A DNA stretch of 64,000 nucleotides from Cyanobacteriota bacterium (lineage in GTDB: Bacteria > Cyanobacteriota > Cyanobacteriia > PCC-6307 > Cyanobiaceae): contig JBKDSV010000009.1 in assembly GCA_046340795.1 (NCBI GenBank), positions 13,505-77,504 of the forward strand, in the 5' to 3' direction. Position numbers and translations under genes: made by a program. Numbering within the stretch: position 1 is the stretch's first letter; each line of letters starts with the position of its first letter. Below the pieces are notes generated by a model. It saw nothing but the letters and a program-made list of their open reading frames with translations. It was not told where the DNA came from and searched no databases. Of the stretch, positions 51,236-59,900 are shown piece after piece.

Positions 51236-51281
51236 GGGGGTTGGCGCCAAACTATCAAGCGGCGGGACGGCCTTCCAGCCT

Positions 51282-52004
51282 TCAGCGCTGGAGGGACTCG
51301 ATCTCGGGGGCTCCAGCCTCCTCAGGCGAGCCCTTAGACGGCGCGAAGGCGTCCCAGCGCCGCTTCCAGTCGTCCATGACCAGCTGCCTGTCACCGCTGC
51401 GGCTGAGACGGGTGACGCTGAACCGCAGCAGACTGATCAGGCCCACCAGCTGCAACAGCCGCGGCAGCAGGGGCAGATCGTCCAGGGTGTCCAGCAGGGC
51501 CACATACAGCTTGAGCACCAGCAGCAGCGCCACAAGCAGCCCCAGCCCCCGCAAGGGGCCCCCCAGCCGCCCCCACTTGCCCGGAAGATCAGCCTGCTCC
51601 AGCCAGTCCGTCACTTTCCCCAGCAGCAATTCCCATTCCCCCCCCTCGCCAGCAACGCCTGAGCGGGCCTGCGACGCAGGCAGAGGCGGCACCTCCAGGG
51701 TGGTGGCCACCCGGGGCTCTCCGGGATCCACGGCCTCCACGGCCTCCACCGTCGCCACGACGGCCGGACCATCGAGCGGCGGCGGCAGGGGGGTCTCCGG
51801 AGTGGGCGAGGGCTCTGCCGCCTCGCCGCCAGGCCCCTCGGAGCCGGCGGTCGCCTCCAGAACAGGCTCAGAGGGCCCTGGGGGGACAGGGTCAGATGGA
51901 AGCGCGGGCGTTGACAGGGCGGCGGCCTCGGCGGTGAGCGCGGGCGTGACGTCAGGCAGTCCTGTGGAGGGATCGGGCACAGGAGAGGCGGGGGTTTCGG
52001 CCAT
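51282..52004 (-). CDS. CAAD/CURT1-like thylakoid membrane protein with long Pro/Ala-rich N-terminus
   Basis: LLDTLDDLPLLPRLLQLVGL CAAD-like hydrophobic hairpin. Confidence 0.75.
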   Translation of the reverse strand: MAETPASPVPDPSTGLPDVTPALTAEAAALSTPALPSDPVPPGPSEPVLEATAGSEGPGGEAAEPSPTPETPLPPPLDGPAVVATVEAVEAVDPGEPRVATTLEVPPLPASQARSGVAGEGGEWELLLGKVTDWLEQADLPGKWGRLGGPLRGLGLLVALLLVLKLYVALLDTLDDLPLLPRLLQLVGLISLLRFSVTRLSRSGDRQLVMDDWKRRWDAFAPSKGSPEEAGAPEIESLQR

Positions 52005-52065
52005 CGCGCGCGGCTGCGTTTTGGCACGAGCTTAAGGGTCCCGTCCTGAAGGCCTCGAACCCGGA

Positions 52066-53199
52066 TCAGGGATCCAACGGGCGCAACCCCGGGCGCGGCC
52101 CAAGGGGAGCCGAGGGCAACCGCAGAGGAAAGCGGCCCTCCCGCAGCTGAAGGGCCAGTTCGGCGCCAATCTCCATCGCCAGTCGGGGGCTGTGGGCTGG
52201 CAGCGCCCGCAGCCGCTGCCCCTCCACCTCGATCCAGCCTGTCCGCAAAGCGCTGTAGCTCACCCCGCCAAAGCAGGGCTTGAGACGCCGCGGAATCGCC
52301 ACATCAAGCACCGGGGCCTCCAGGGCGCGGTTGCTGGTGGCGGCCCCCATGGCCGTGGCGCCATCCAGCAGTGGCACCGGCGCGGCGATGGCCACCAGCA
52401 GCACATCCCCCTGACCCTCCAGCGAGCCTGCCCGCAGCCAGCGGCCCTGGAGTCCATGCAGATCGACACAGACCGCCGCCACAGCCCCGGGGGTGCGGGC
52501 GTGGCCGCTGGCCAGGCGCCGGGGCTGGGGTTGGTGCCCCCCCCCGGCTCCCACCACCCAGCCGCAGGCGCCGGCCACCAACACCGGCGAGCCCGGCCCC
52601 AGGAGCGTCAGGCCGGGCATCGCCAGGCCAATGCTGTCGGCCCCGGAGCAGGTGTAAAGCGCCTGGGCCCAGGGACCGAGCAAGGCGCCGTAGGGGGTGT
52701 GCAGCAAGCCTTCCGCGCTGCTCACCGCCACCACCCCGTTCTCCGTGATTGCGCGCGACAACAGCAGTTGGCCACTACCGATGTCCTCCAGGCGAAGGGC
52801 GGTGCGCAGCTCCCGACGCGGGAAGAGGGGCGTGCCCTCGCCGCTGGCGGTCAACTCCACGGCCTTGCCCTCCAACCACTCCGCCAGCACCCGCCCGCCC
52901 GCCACGGGCAACACCAGATCCGTGCCGGCGCCCCCAGGCAGGGCCGCCACCCCTCGCAGCCGGGGATCCCGCAGACGAATCGGCGGATCGGTGGGGCCCA
53001 AGCTCAGGTGCAGGCTGGCGTGGCTGGTGAAGTCCGCCGAGGCGGCCACGACCACATCGGTCTGGCCATAGGCCGCCTCCAAACCCGCCTGCTGGGCCAG
53101 ACGACGGAACTCGGCGGCCTGGCGCACCCGCAGCGTGCCCTCCACCTGGCGGCGTTGCAGCTCCGCTTCCGTGCGACGGGGAAACGCAGAGGAGTTCAT
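52066..53199 (-). CDS. DUF39 / homocysteine biosynthesis protein-like
   Basis: DVVVAAS, CSGADSI, GPGSPVLVAG, GGGHQP, AIAAPVPLLD resemble the DUF39 family. Confidence 0.6.
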   Translation of the reverse strand: MNSSAFPRRTEAELQRRQVEGTLRVRQAAEFRRLAQQAGLEAAYGQTDVVVAASADFTSHASLHLSLGPTDPPIRLRDPRLRGVAALPGGAGTDLVLPVAGGRVLAEWLEGKAVELTASGEGTPLFPRRELRTALRLEDIGSGQLLLSRAITENGVVAVSSAEGLLHTPYGALLGPWAQALYTCSGADSIGLAMPGLTLLGPGSPVLVAGACGWVVGAGGGHQPQPRRLASGHARTPGAVAAVCVDLHGLQGRWLRAGSLEGQGDVLLVAIAAPVPLLDGATAMGAATSNRALEAPVLDVAIPRRLKPCFGGVSYSALRTGWIEVEGQRLRALPAHSPRLAMEIGAELALQLREGRFPLRLPSAPLGPRPGLRPLDP

Positions 53200-53269
53200 G
53201 GCCGGCAGGGGAGTCAAGCGGGTCTCGGAGGGCCTCAGATAAAGTGTGCGGCGACCCAGGTGCCTGTTC

Positions 53270-56011
53270 ATGGCGGATCCAACCGGACAGTCCCCGGGCG
53301 CAGGCGAGAACAACCCGGGAGACAAGGGTCCAGGGGAAGGCGATGGACGCATCATCCAGACGGATCTGCGCAATGAAATGTCGCGCTCCTACCTCGAGTA
53401 CGCGATGAGCGTGATCGTGGGGAGGGCTCTGCCTGACGCCCGCGATGGTCTCAAACCCGTGCATCGTCGCATCCTCTACGCGATGTATGAGCTCGGTCTC
53501 ACCAGCGATAGGCCCTACCGCAAATGCGCGAGGGTGGTGGGTGAAGTGTTGGGCAAATATCACCCCCATGGCGACACGGCTGTCTATGACGCCCTGGTGC
53601 GCATGGCGCAGGATTTCTCGATGCGCATGCCCCTCATCGACGGGCACGGCAACTTCGGTTCGGTGGACAATGACCCGCCAGCCGCCATGCGCTACACCGA
53701 ATCGCGTTTGCAGGCGCTCACTAGCGACAGCCTGCTGGAAGACATCGAAAGTGAAACCGTCGCATTCATTGACAATTTCGATGGCTCCCAACAGGAGCCC
53801 ACCGTGCTGCCGGCCCGCATCCCCCAGCTCCTGCTCAACGGCTCCACGGGCATCGCGGTGGGCATGGCCACCAACATTCCCCCCCACAACCTGGGGGAGC
53901 TGGTGGATGGCCTGCAGGCCCTGATTGCCAACCCGGAGCTCGATGACCGGGCCCTGATGGTCCTCATTCCCGGACCGGATTTCCCCACCGGCGGGCAAAT
54001 CCTTGGCCGCGCCGGCATCCGAGAGATGGCGCTCACCGGGCGCGGCTCGGTGACGATGCGCGGAGTGGCGAAGATTGAGACCATCGAGGTGCCTGGCCGT
54101 CCCGATCGCGACGCGGTGATCATCACCGAGCTGCCCTACCAAACCAACAAGGCGGCCCTGATCGAGCGGATCGCCGAGATGGTGAATGACAAGAAATTGG
54201 AAGGCATTGCTGACATTCGTGATGAGAGCGATCGCGATGGCATGCGCATCGTCATCGAGCTGCGTCGCGACGCCTATCCCCAGGTGGTGCTCAATAATCT
54301 CTTCAAGCTGACGCCACTACAGAATAACTTCAACGCCTACATGCTGGCGCTCGTTGGCAATGAACCGGTGCTTCTCACCCTGCGCCGGATGCTGCAGGTG
54401 TTCCTCGAATTTCGGGTCGAGACGATTGAACGCCGCACCCGCTACCTGCTGCGCAAAGCCGAAGAACGGGATCATATTCTGCTCGGCCTGCTGATTGCTC
54501 TTGAAAACCTCGACGCCATCATTGCCCTGATTCGTGCCGCCGCTGACACGGCCACAGCCCGGGAGCAATTGATGGGTCAATTTGGCCTTGGCGATGTGCA
54601 GGCAGATGCGATCCTGCAGATGCAATTGCGGCGGCTCACGGCTCTGGAAGCCGACAAGATCCGGCTGGAGCACGAAGACCTGCTGGCGAAAATCACTGAT
54701 TACAACGACATCCTCGCCCGCCGCGAACGGGTGTTTGACCTGATCAGCGACGAGCTGCAAGCCATTCGCGGCAAATACAGCTCTCCCCGCCGCACCGAAA
54801 TCCTCGATCTCGAAGGCGGACTGGAGGACATCGACCTGATCGCCAACGAACGGTCGGTGGTGCTGCTCACCGAAACCGGCTATCTCAAGCGCATGCCCGT
54901 CAGCGAGTTTGAGGCCACCAGCCGCGGCACCCGTGGCAAAGCTGGCACCCGCTCTCAGGGAGAGGAGGCAGTGAAGCTCTTCATCAGCTGCAACGACCAC
55001 GACGCCATGCTGCTGTTCAGCGATCGCGGCGTGGTGTATTCCCTGCCGGCCTACCGGGTGCCCCTCTGCAGTCGCACCGCCAAGGGAACGCCGATCGTGC
55101 AGCTGCTACCCATTCCCCGGGAGGAGGCCATCACGTCTGTGTTGGCGGTGAGCACCTTCGGGGAGGATGAGCAGCTGGTGATGCTCACCAGCAAGGGCTA
55201 CATCAAGCGCACCACTCTCTCCGCCTTTGCCAACATCCGTGCCAATGGCTTGATCGCGATCTCCTTGGAGGAGGGGGATGCCCTGCGCTGGGTGCGGTTG
55301 GCCCTCCCCGGTGACAGTGTGCTGATCGGCTCGCTGAAGGGGATGACCATCCACTTCCGGCTCAACGACGCGGAGCTGCGCCCCCTGGGCCGCACCGCCC
55401 GAGGCGTGCGGAGCATGAACCTGCGGGGCGGCGATCGGCTGGTGAGCATGGACGTGCTGCCGGCGGAGCTGGCGGATCGGGTGGCCGAGGGCGCCAACGC
55501 GGAGCAAGCAGAGGGAGACGATCTGCTCAGCGCCGAAGGTCCCTGGGTGTTGGTGGCCAGCGCCAGCGGGCTGGGCAAGCGGGTGCCCGTGCAGCAATTC
55601 CGGCTGCAAAAACGAGCGGGCATGGGGCTGCGGGCGATCCGCTTCCGCCGGGAGGGGGATGTGCTGATCGGGCTGAAAGTGCTCGGAAGTGGTGAAGAAC
55701 TCCTGCTAGTCAGTGAGAAGGGAGTGATCGTGCGCATGCAGGCCGATGCGGTGCCCCAGCAATCGCGAGCGGCCACAGGGGTGCGCTTGCAGCGGCTTGA
55801 CGCTGGCGACCGCCTGGCCGAGGTGGTGTTGGTGCCGCCAGCGGCGGTGACGCTGGAGTCCATGACTGCGATACCGGCGGCGGCGGCCCGGGCAGACAGG
55901 GTCGCGCAGGCTGCGGTTCTTCCAGAGGCGGCGGTGGAGCGGGGCTTGGAGACGGAGGCGAAGGCCGCTGCAGAGGCAGAGGCGCGTTCAAAGGCCGAGG
56001 CGGATGGATAG
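53270..56011 (+). CDS. gyrA: DNA gyrase subunit A
   Basis: [41 protein letters not shown], GyrA-box-like TRGTRGK. Confidence 0.97.
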   Translation: MADPTGQSPGAGENNPGDKGPGEGDGRIIQTDLRNEMSRSYLEYAMSVIVGRALPDARDGLKPVHRRILYAMYELGLTSDRPYRKCARVVGEVLGKYHPHGDTAVYDALVRMAQDFSMRMPLIDGHGNFGSVDNDPPAAMRYTESRLQALTSDSLLEDIESETVAFIDNFDGSQQEPTVLPARIPQLLLNGSTGIAVGMATNIPPHNLGELVDGLQALIANPELDDRALMVLIPGPDFPTGGQILGRAGIREMALTGRGSVTMRGVAKIETIEVPGRPDRDAVIITELPYQTNKAALIERIAEMVNDKKLEGIADIRDESDRDGMRIVIELRRDAYPQVVLNNLFKLTPLQNNFNAYMLALVGNEPVLLTLRRMLQVFLEFRVETIERRTRYLLRKAEERDHILLGLLIALENLDAIIALIRAAADTATAREQLMGQFGLGDVQADAILQMQLRRLTALEADKIRLEHEDLLAKITDYNDILARRERVFDLISDELQAIRGKYSSPRRTEILDLEGGLEDIDLIANERSVVLLTETGYLKRMPVSEFEATSRGTRGKAGTRSQGEEAVKLFISCNDHDAMLLFSDRGVVYSLPAYRVPLCSRTAKGTPIVQLLPIPREEAITSVLAVSTFGEDEQLVMLTSKGYIKRTTLSAFANIRANGLIAISLEEGDALRWVRLALPGDSVLIGSLKGMTIHFRLNDAELRPLGRTARGVRSMNLRGGDRLVSMDVLPAELADRVAEGANAEQAEGDDLLSAEGPWVLVASASGLGKRVPVQQFRLQKRAGMGLRAIRFRREGDVLIGLKVLGSGEELLLVSEKGVIVRMQADAVPQQSRAATGVRLQRLDAGDRLAEVVLVPPAAVTLESMTAIPAAAARADRVAQAAVLPEAAVERGLETEAKAAAEAEARSKAEADG

Positions 56012-56095
56012 GCCGAGGCTGAGCCAAAAGAATTGTGGCCGTCCCAGTCATCGCGATGAACGCTGCATAGCTTGATCGCAGTCTTTCTTGGTCCC

Positions 56096-56929
56096 ATGGC
56101 GAAGTACGCCCTGTGCATCGGCATCAACGACTATCCAGGCACGCAGAATGATTTGCGCGGATGTGTCAACGATGCCAACGATTGGGCGGCCACCCTGGCG
56201 AGCCGTGGTTTCCGTGTGAGCCAGCTGCTCAACAGCCAGGCCACCAAGGCCGCGCTGGTGGCGGGCTTCCAGCAGCTGATCAGCGGCGCCAACAGTGGCG
56301 ACACCATCGCCATCACCTTCTCCGGCCACGGCACCCTGGCCCCCGACAACAGCGGTGATGAGATTGACGGCTACGACGAAGCCCTCTGCCCCTACGACAT
56401 CCATCAAGGCCAGGTGCTTCTGGATGATGAGATCCACCAGCTGTTCGCGCAGCGGGCCGCTGGCGTGCGGCTGATTTTGATCTCCGACAGCTGCCACTCC
56501 GGCACGGTGACCCGCAACGCCCCTGCCGATCCCGACGCCACCGACGCTCCCCGCATTCGCTTTCTCCCCCTGGCCAGCTGGTTGCCAGACGCGGAACTGC
56601 CCAGAGGCGCTGGCGGCAAACCCCTCGCCAACCTGCCCATCACTCAGGTGTTCTCCCCCTGGGCCGGCGTGGTGCGTTCAGCGGGGGATCTGCTACTGGC
56701 CGGCTGTGAGGAGGGGCCCGATCACTTCAGCTACGACGCCAACTTCAACCAACGCGCCAACGGAGCCTTCACCTATTACGCCCTGCGGACCTTGAAAACC
56801 CTTCCCCCCACGGCCAGCTACCGCGACTGGCACGCCGCCATCCGCCGTTGTCTGCCCTCCACCAACTATCCGCAGAAGCCGCAACTGATGGGCACCAAAG
56901 CCACCTTGTCCTCCCCCGTCCTGGCCTGA
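56096..56929 (+). CDS. Stand-alone metacaspase (peptidase C14)
   Basis: ALCIGINDY, LRGCVND, FSGHG (His codon 56327), GDEIDGYDEAL, ISDSCHSG (Cys codon 56492), GAFT, QKPQL. Confidence 0.93.
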   Translation: MAKYALCIGINDYPGTQNDLRGCVNDANDWAATLASRGFRVSQLLNSQATKAALVAGFQQLISGANSGDTIAITFSGHGTLAPDNSGDEIDGYDEALCPYDIHQGQVLLDDEIHQLFAQRAAGVRLILISDSCHSGTVTRNAPADPDATDAPRIRFLPLASWLPDAELPRGAGGKPLANLPITQVFSPWAGVVRSAGDLLLAGCEEGPDHFSYDANFNQRANGAFTYYALRTLKTLPPTASYRDWHAAIRRCLPSTNYPQKPQLMGTKATLSSPVLA

Positions 56930-56939
56930 GGGGAGTGTC

Positions 56940-59900
56940 ATGCCGCCTCCGCCCGCTCTTGAGCCCGCCCTACCCCCCCCTTCCGTTCTGAGGGGGGTGG
57001 CACTGGAGAACCCGCCGCCGCCGGCCCTGTTGCGGCCCCAGGCCAGACCGGCGGGCAGGGATGTGGGCGCCAGTCCCTTGGCAACGGCGCAGATGCCGGA
57101 CGAGGACCTCCTCTCGCCAGCCTTTGTGCGGGTGGATCGCGCCTTCGACCTGACGGCCAGCGCCCGGGAGGCCACCGCCATCGTCTCGCCCCTGACGGAC
57201 TTGCCCGACGAGCAAGTGGTGGTGCTGGAACTCGTGGAGGACGGCGGCACGGCCATCACCACGGCGGGGGACTTGCGGCGGCGACAGGAGCATTGGCTCT
57301 CCACCGCCGCAGCGACCAGCCAGAGCCAGCGGGGTGTGGTGCCCACAGGACTCTTCAGCCGGCTCTACACCCTCACCTTTGGCGACGATGGCCTGCAGCG
57401 GGTGGTGGAGCAGCGGCTCAAGGCACTGGCGCGGGAGCAGCTGGGCGAAGCCGTGGGAGAGGCGATCCAGATCAATGCCTCCTGGCTGGCCACCAAGCTG
57501 CTGCTGAAACTGACCGAAGACCGCCTTCCCTGCCCGCCGGGTCTCTACCGCTGGCGGGGTGGCGCCAGCGGAGGGGGCCCCCCCCTGGCGGCTGATGACC
57601 CCACCTTGCGGGCGGATGCCGCCTGTGGACTGCTGGTGTTTGTGCACGGAACGGGTTCAAACAGCCAAGCTGGCTTCGGCGAGCTGGCCACAGCGGGTGC
57701 GGGGATCTGGCCCTTGCTGGAGAGCGCCTACGGCGAGCGGATCTACGGCTTCGAACAGCAGACTTTTTCCGCCAGTCCGATTGACAATGCCCTCGCCCTG
57801 GCCCAGAGCCTGCCCTGCGGCGCCCGGTTGAATCTGGTGAGCCACGGCAGCGGTGGATTGGTGGCGGATCTGCTCTGCGCCGAGGGCATTGAGGATGCTT
57901 TGATCGAGGCCTATCGCTACCCGTCAGCCGAGAAGACGAAGCAGACCAGCCAGCGGGATGCGGCAGCCGCGGAGCAGAGGGAACGGCTGCGGCAGCTGCG
58001 CGGCGTGTTGGCGGAGAAGGCGTTGCGGATCGAGCGCTACGTCAGGGTCGCCAGCCCCGCCCGCGGCAGCCGCCTGCTGGGCGACAACCTCGACCTCTTT
58101 CTGTCGGTCCTCCTCTCCTTGATCAGTGGCCTGCCTGCGTTGGCGGGCCAACCGGCGGTGGCCGTGCTCAAGCGGTTGGTGCTGGATGTGGTGCGCCGAC
58201 GCCTGGATCCCTGCCTGATCCCGGGTCTGGCCGCCCTGGCACCCGATGCGCCGCTGGCGGCCCTGCTGGACCGACTTCCGCCCCGATCCGGCCTGGCCAT
58301 GGCCACCCTGTCCGGCCAGCGGAGCGGGGGCCATCCCCTGCAGAGGCTCGCGCTGCTGTTCAGCGACACCCTCTTCTTCCAACGCTGCCCCAACGATCTG
58401 ATCGTCGATACCGACGCCATGCAGGCCGGCCTTGCCCGCCGCGCCGGGGCCCACGGTTGGCTGGAGAAGGGTCCGAGCGTGAACCACTTCCACTATTTCG
58501 CGCGTCCGTCCTGCGCCCGGGCCCTGGCGCGCTGGCTCACGGAGCGCCAGCCACTGGAGCTGGGCGAGTTTCTCCCCCTCGCGAGCAACCCGGGGGAGCG
58601 GGAGCGCCTTCGCACCCGGGAGAGCGATGCCCGGGAGGAAGCCAGCGCCGCCCGAGGGCGTGGGGCGTCTGTCGAAGCCAGCCAGCCGGTGGTGGTGGTG
58701 GTGCCCGGATTCATGGGCTCCCATCTCTGGCGCCAGACCCGCCAAGAGCGGATCTGGTTTGATCCTCGCCATGGAATCGGTGAACGCCTGCGTCAGCTGA
58801 GCGACCTTCAGGACGCGGCGCTTGAGCCGGAAAAGCTGTTGGATCTCATCTATGGCGACCTCTGCCGAACGCTGCTCGAGAGCCACCGGGTCGTGCGTTT
58901 TCCCTACGACTGGCGCCAGCCCCTCGAGCTCCTGGCCGAACGCCTTGGGGCGGTGCTGCGTCCGTTGGTGGCGGAGGCGGAGGAACGGCGCCCTGTGCGC
59001 CTCCTGGCCCATGGCATGGGGGGACTGGTGGTGCGGGCCTGCATGGCCCGGGACCCCGATCTCTGGCAGCGGTTGATCCAGCTGAAGGGCGCCCGCTTCC
59101 TGATGTTGGGCACCCCCAACCACGGCTCCCACGCGCTCGTGGAAACCCTCCTGGGCCAGTCGCCCATGATCCGCAACCTCGCCAGGGTGAGCCGGGACCT
59201 GGAGTTGCGGGAGCTGGTGGCGCTGGTGGCTGGTTTTCCGGGAGCCTTGCAACTGCTGCCCCGACCGGGTGCCGAGTCGCTGGATGGCGCCGCCGAGGAC
59301 GACCTGTTGAGCGCCCATGGCCCCTTCAACGGCCTGAGCTGGTATGCGGAGGAGCTCTGGACACAGTTGAAAAGCCACAATCGCGACCGTTGGTTCGGCG
59401 ACCAGCTCGGCGCCACCCCCGATGCCGCCACCCTGACCCGAGGACGCTGGCTGTGGGAACAACCCGCCAGCCTCGCTGAGCTCTCCGGCGATCCGGATCG
59501 GGTGATCTACGTGCACGGTCAGGCTCGCCGCACCCCCTGCGGCGTCACCCTGCGGCAAGGACAGCTGCGGATGCTCAGCACCACGGCGGGCGATGGAGTC
59601 GTCACCTGGAACGCGGGCCGCTGGGAGGGCATCGGCCACTACTACCGGATGGAGGCCGATCACGGCAGCCTCCCCTGCCGCCGCGACCACTTTCCCGCCT
59701 TGGTGGAACTGCTGCGGGAGGGGGGAACCAACGCCCTTGCCCCCATGCCCCGCACCCGGGGGAGCGGGGACGCGCCGCCTCCCGTCCTGCCTTGGCAGCC
59801 CGGCCCCACCCCCTTTCCCAGCGAAGAGGAGCTATTCCGCAGCCTGGTGGGGGGGCAGCCCCTGCCCCCGGAGGAATCGGCCGCCACGGCGGCCCTGCAG

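Noticed and set aside
57924-59690. 588-aa minus-strand ORF inside the CHAT gene as a hidden effector
   Set aside because: Antisense shadow frame with no recognisable domain.
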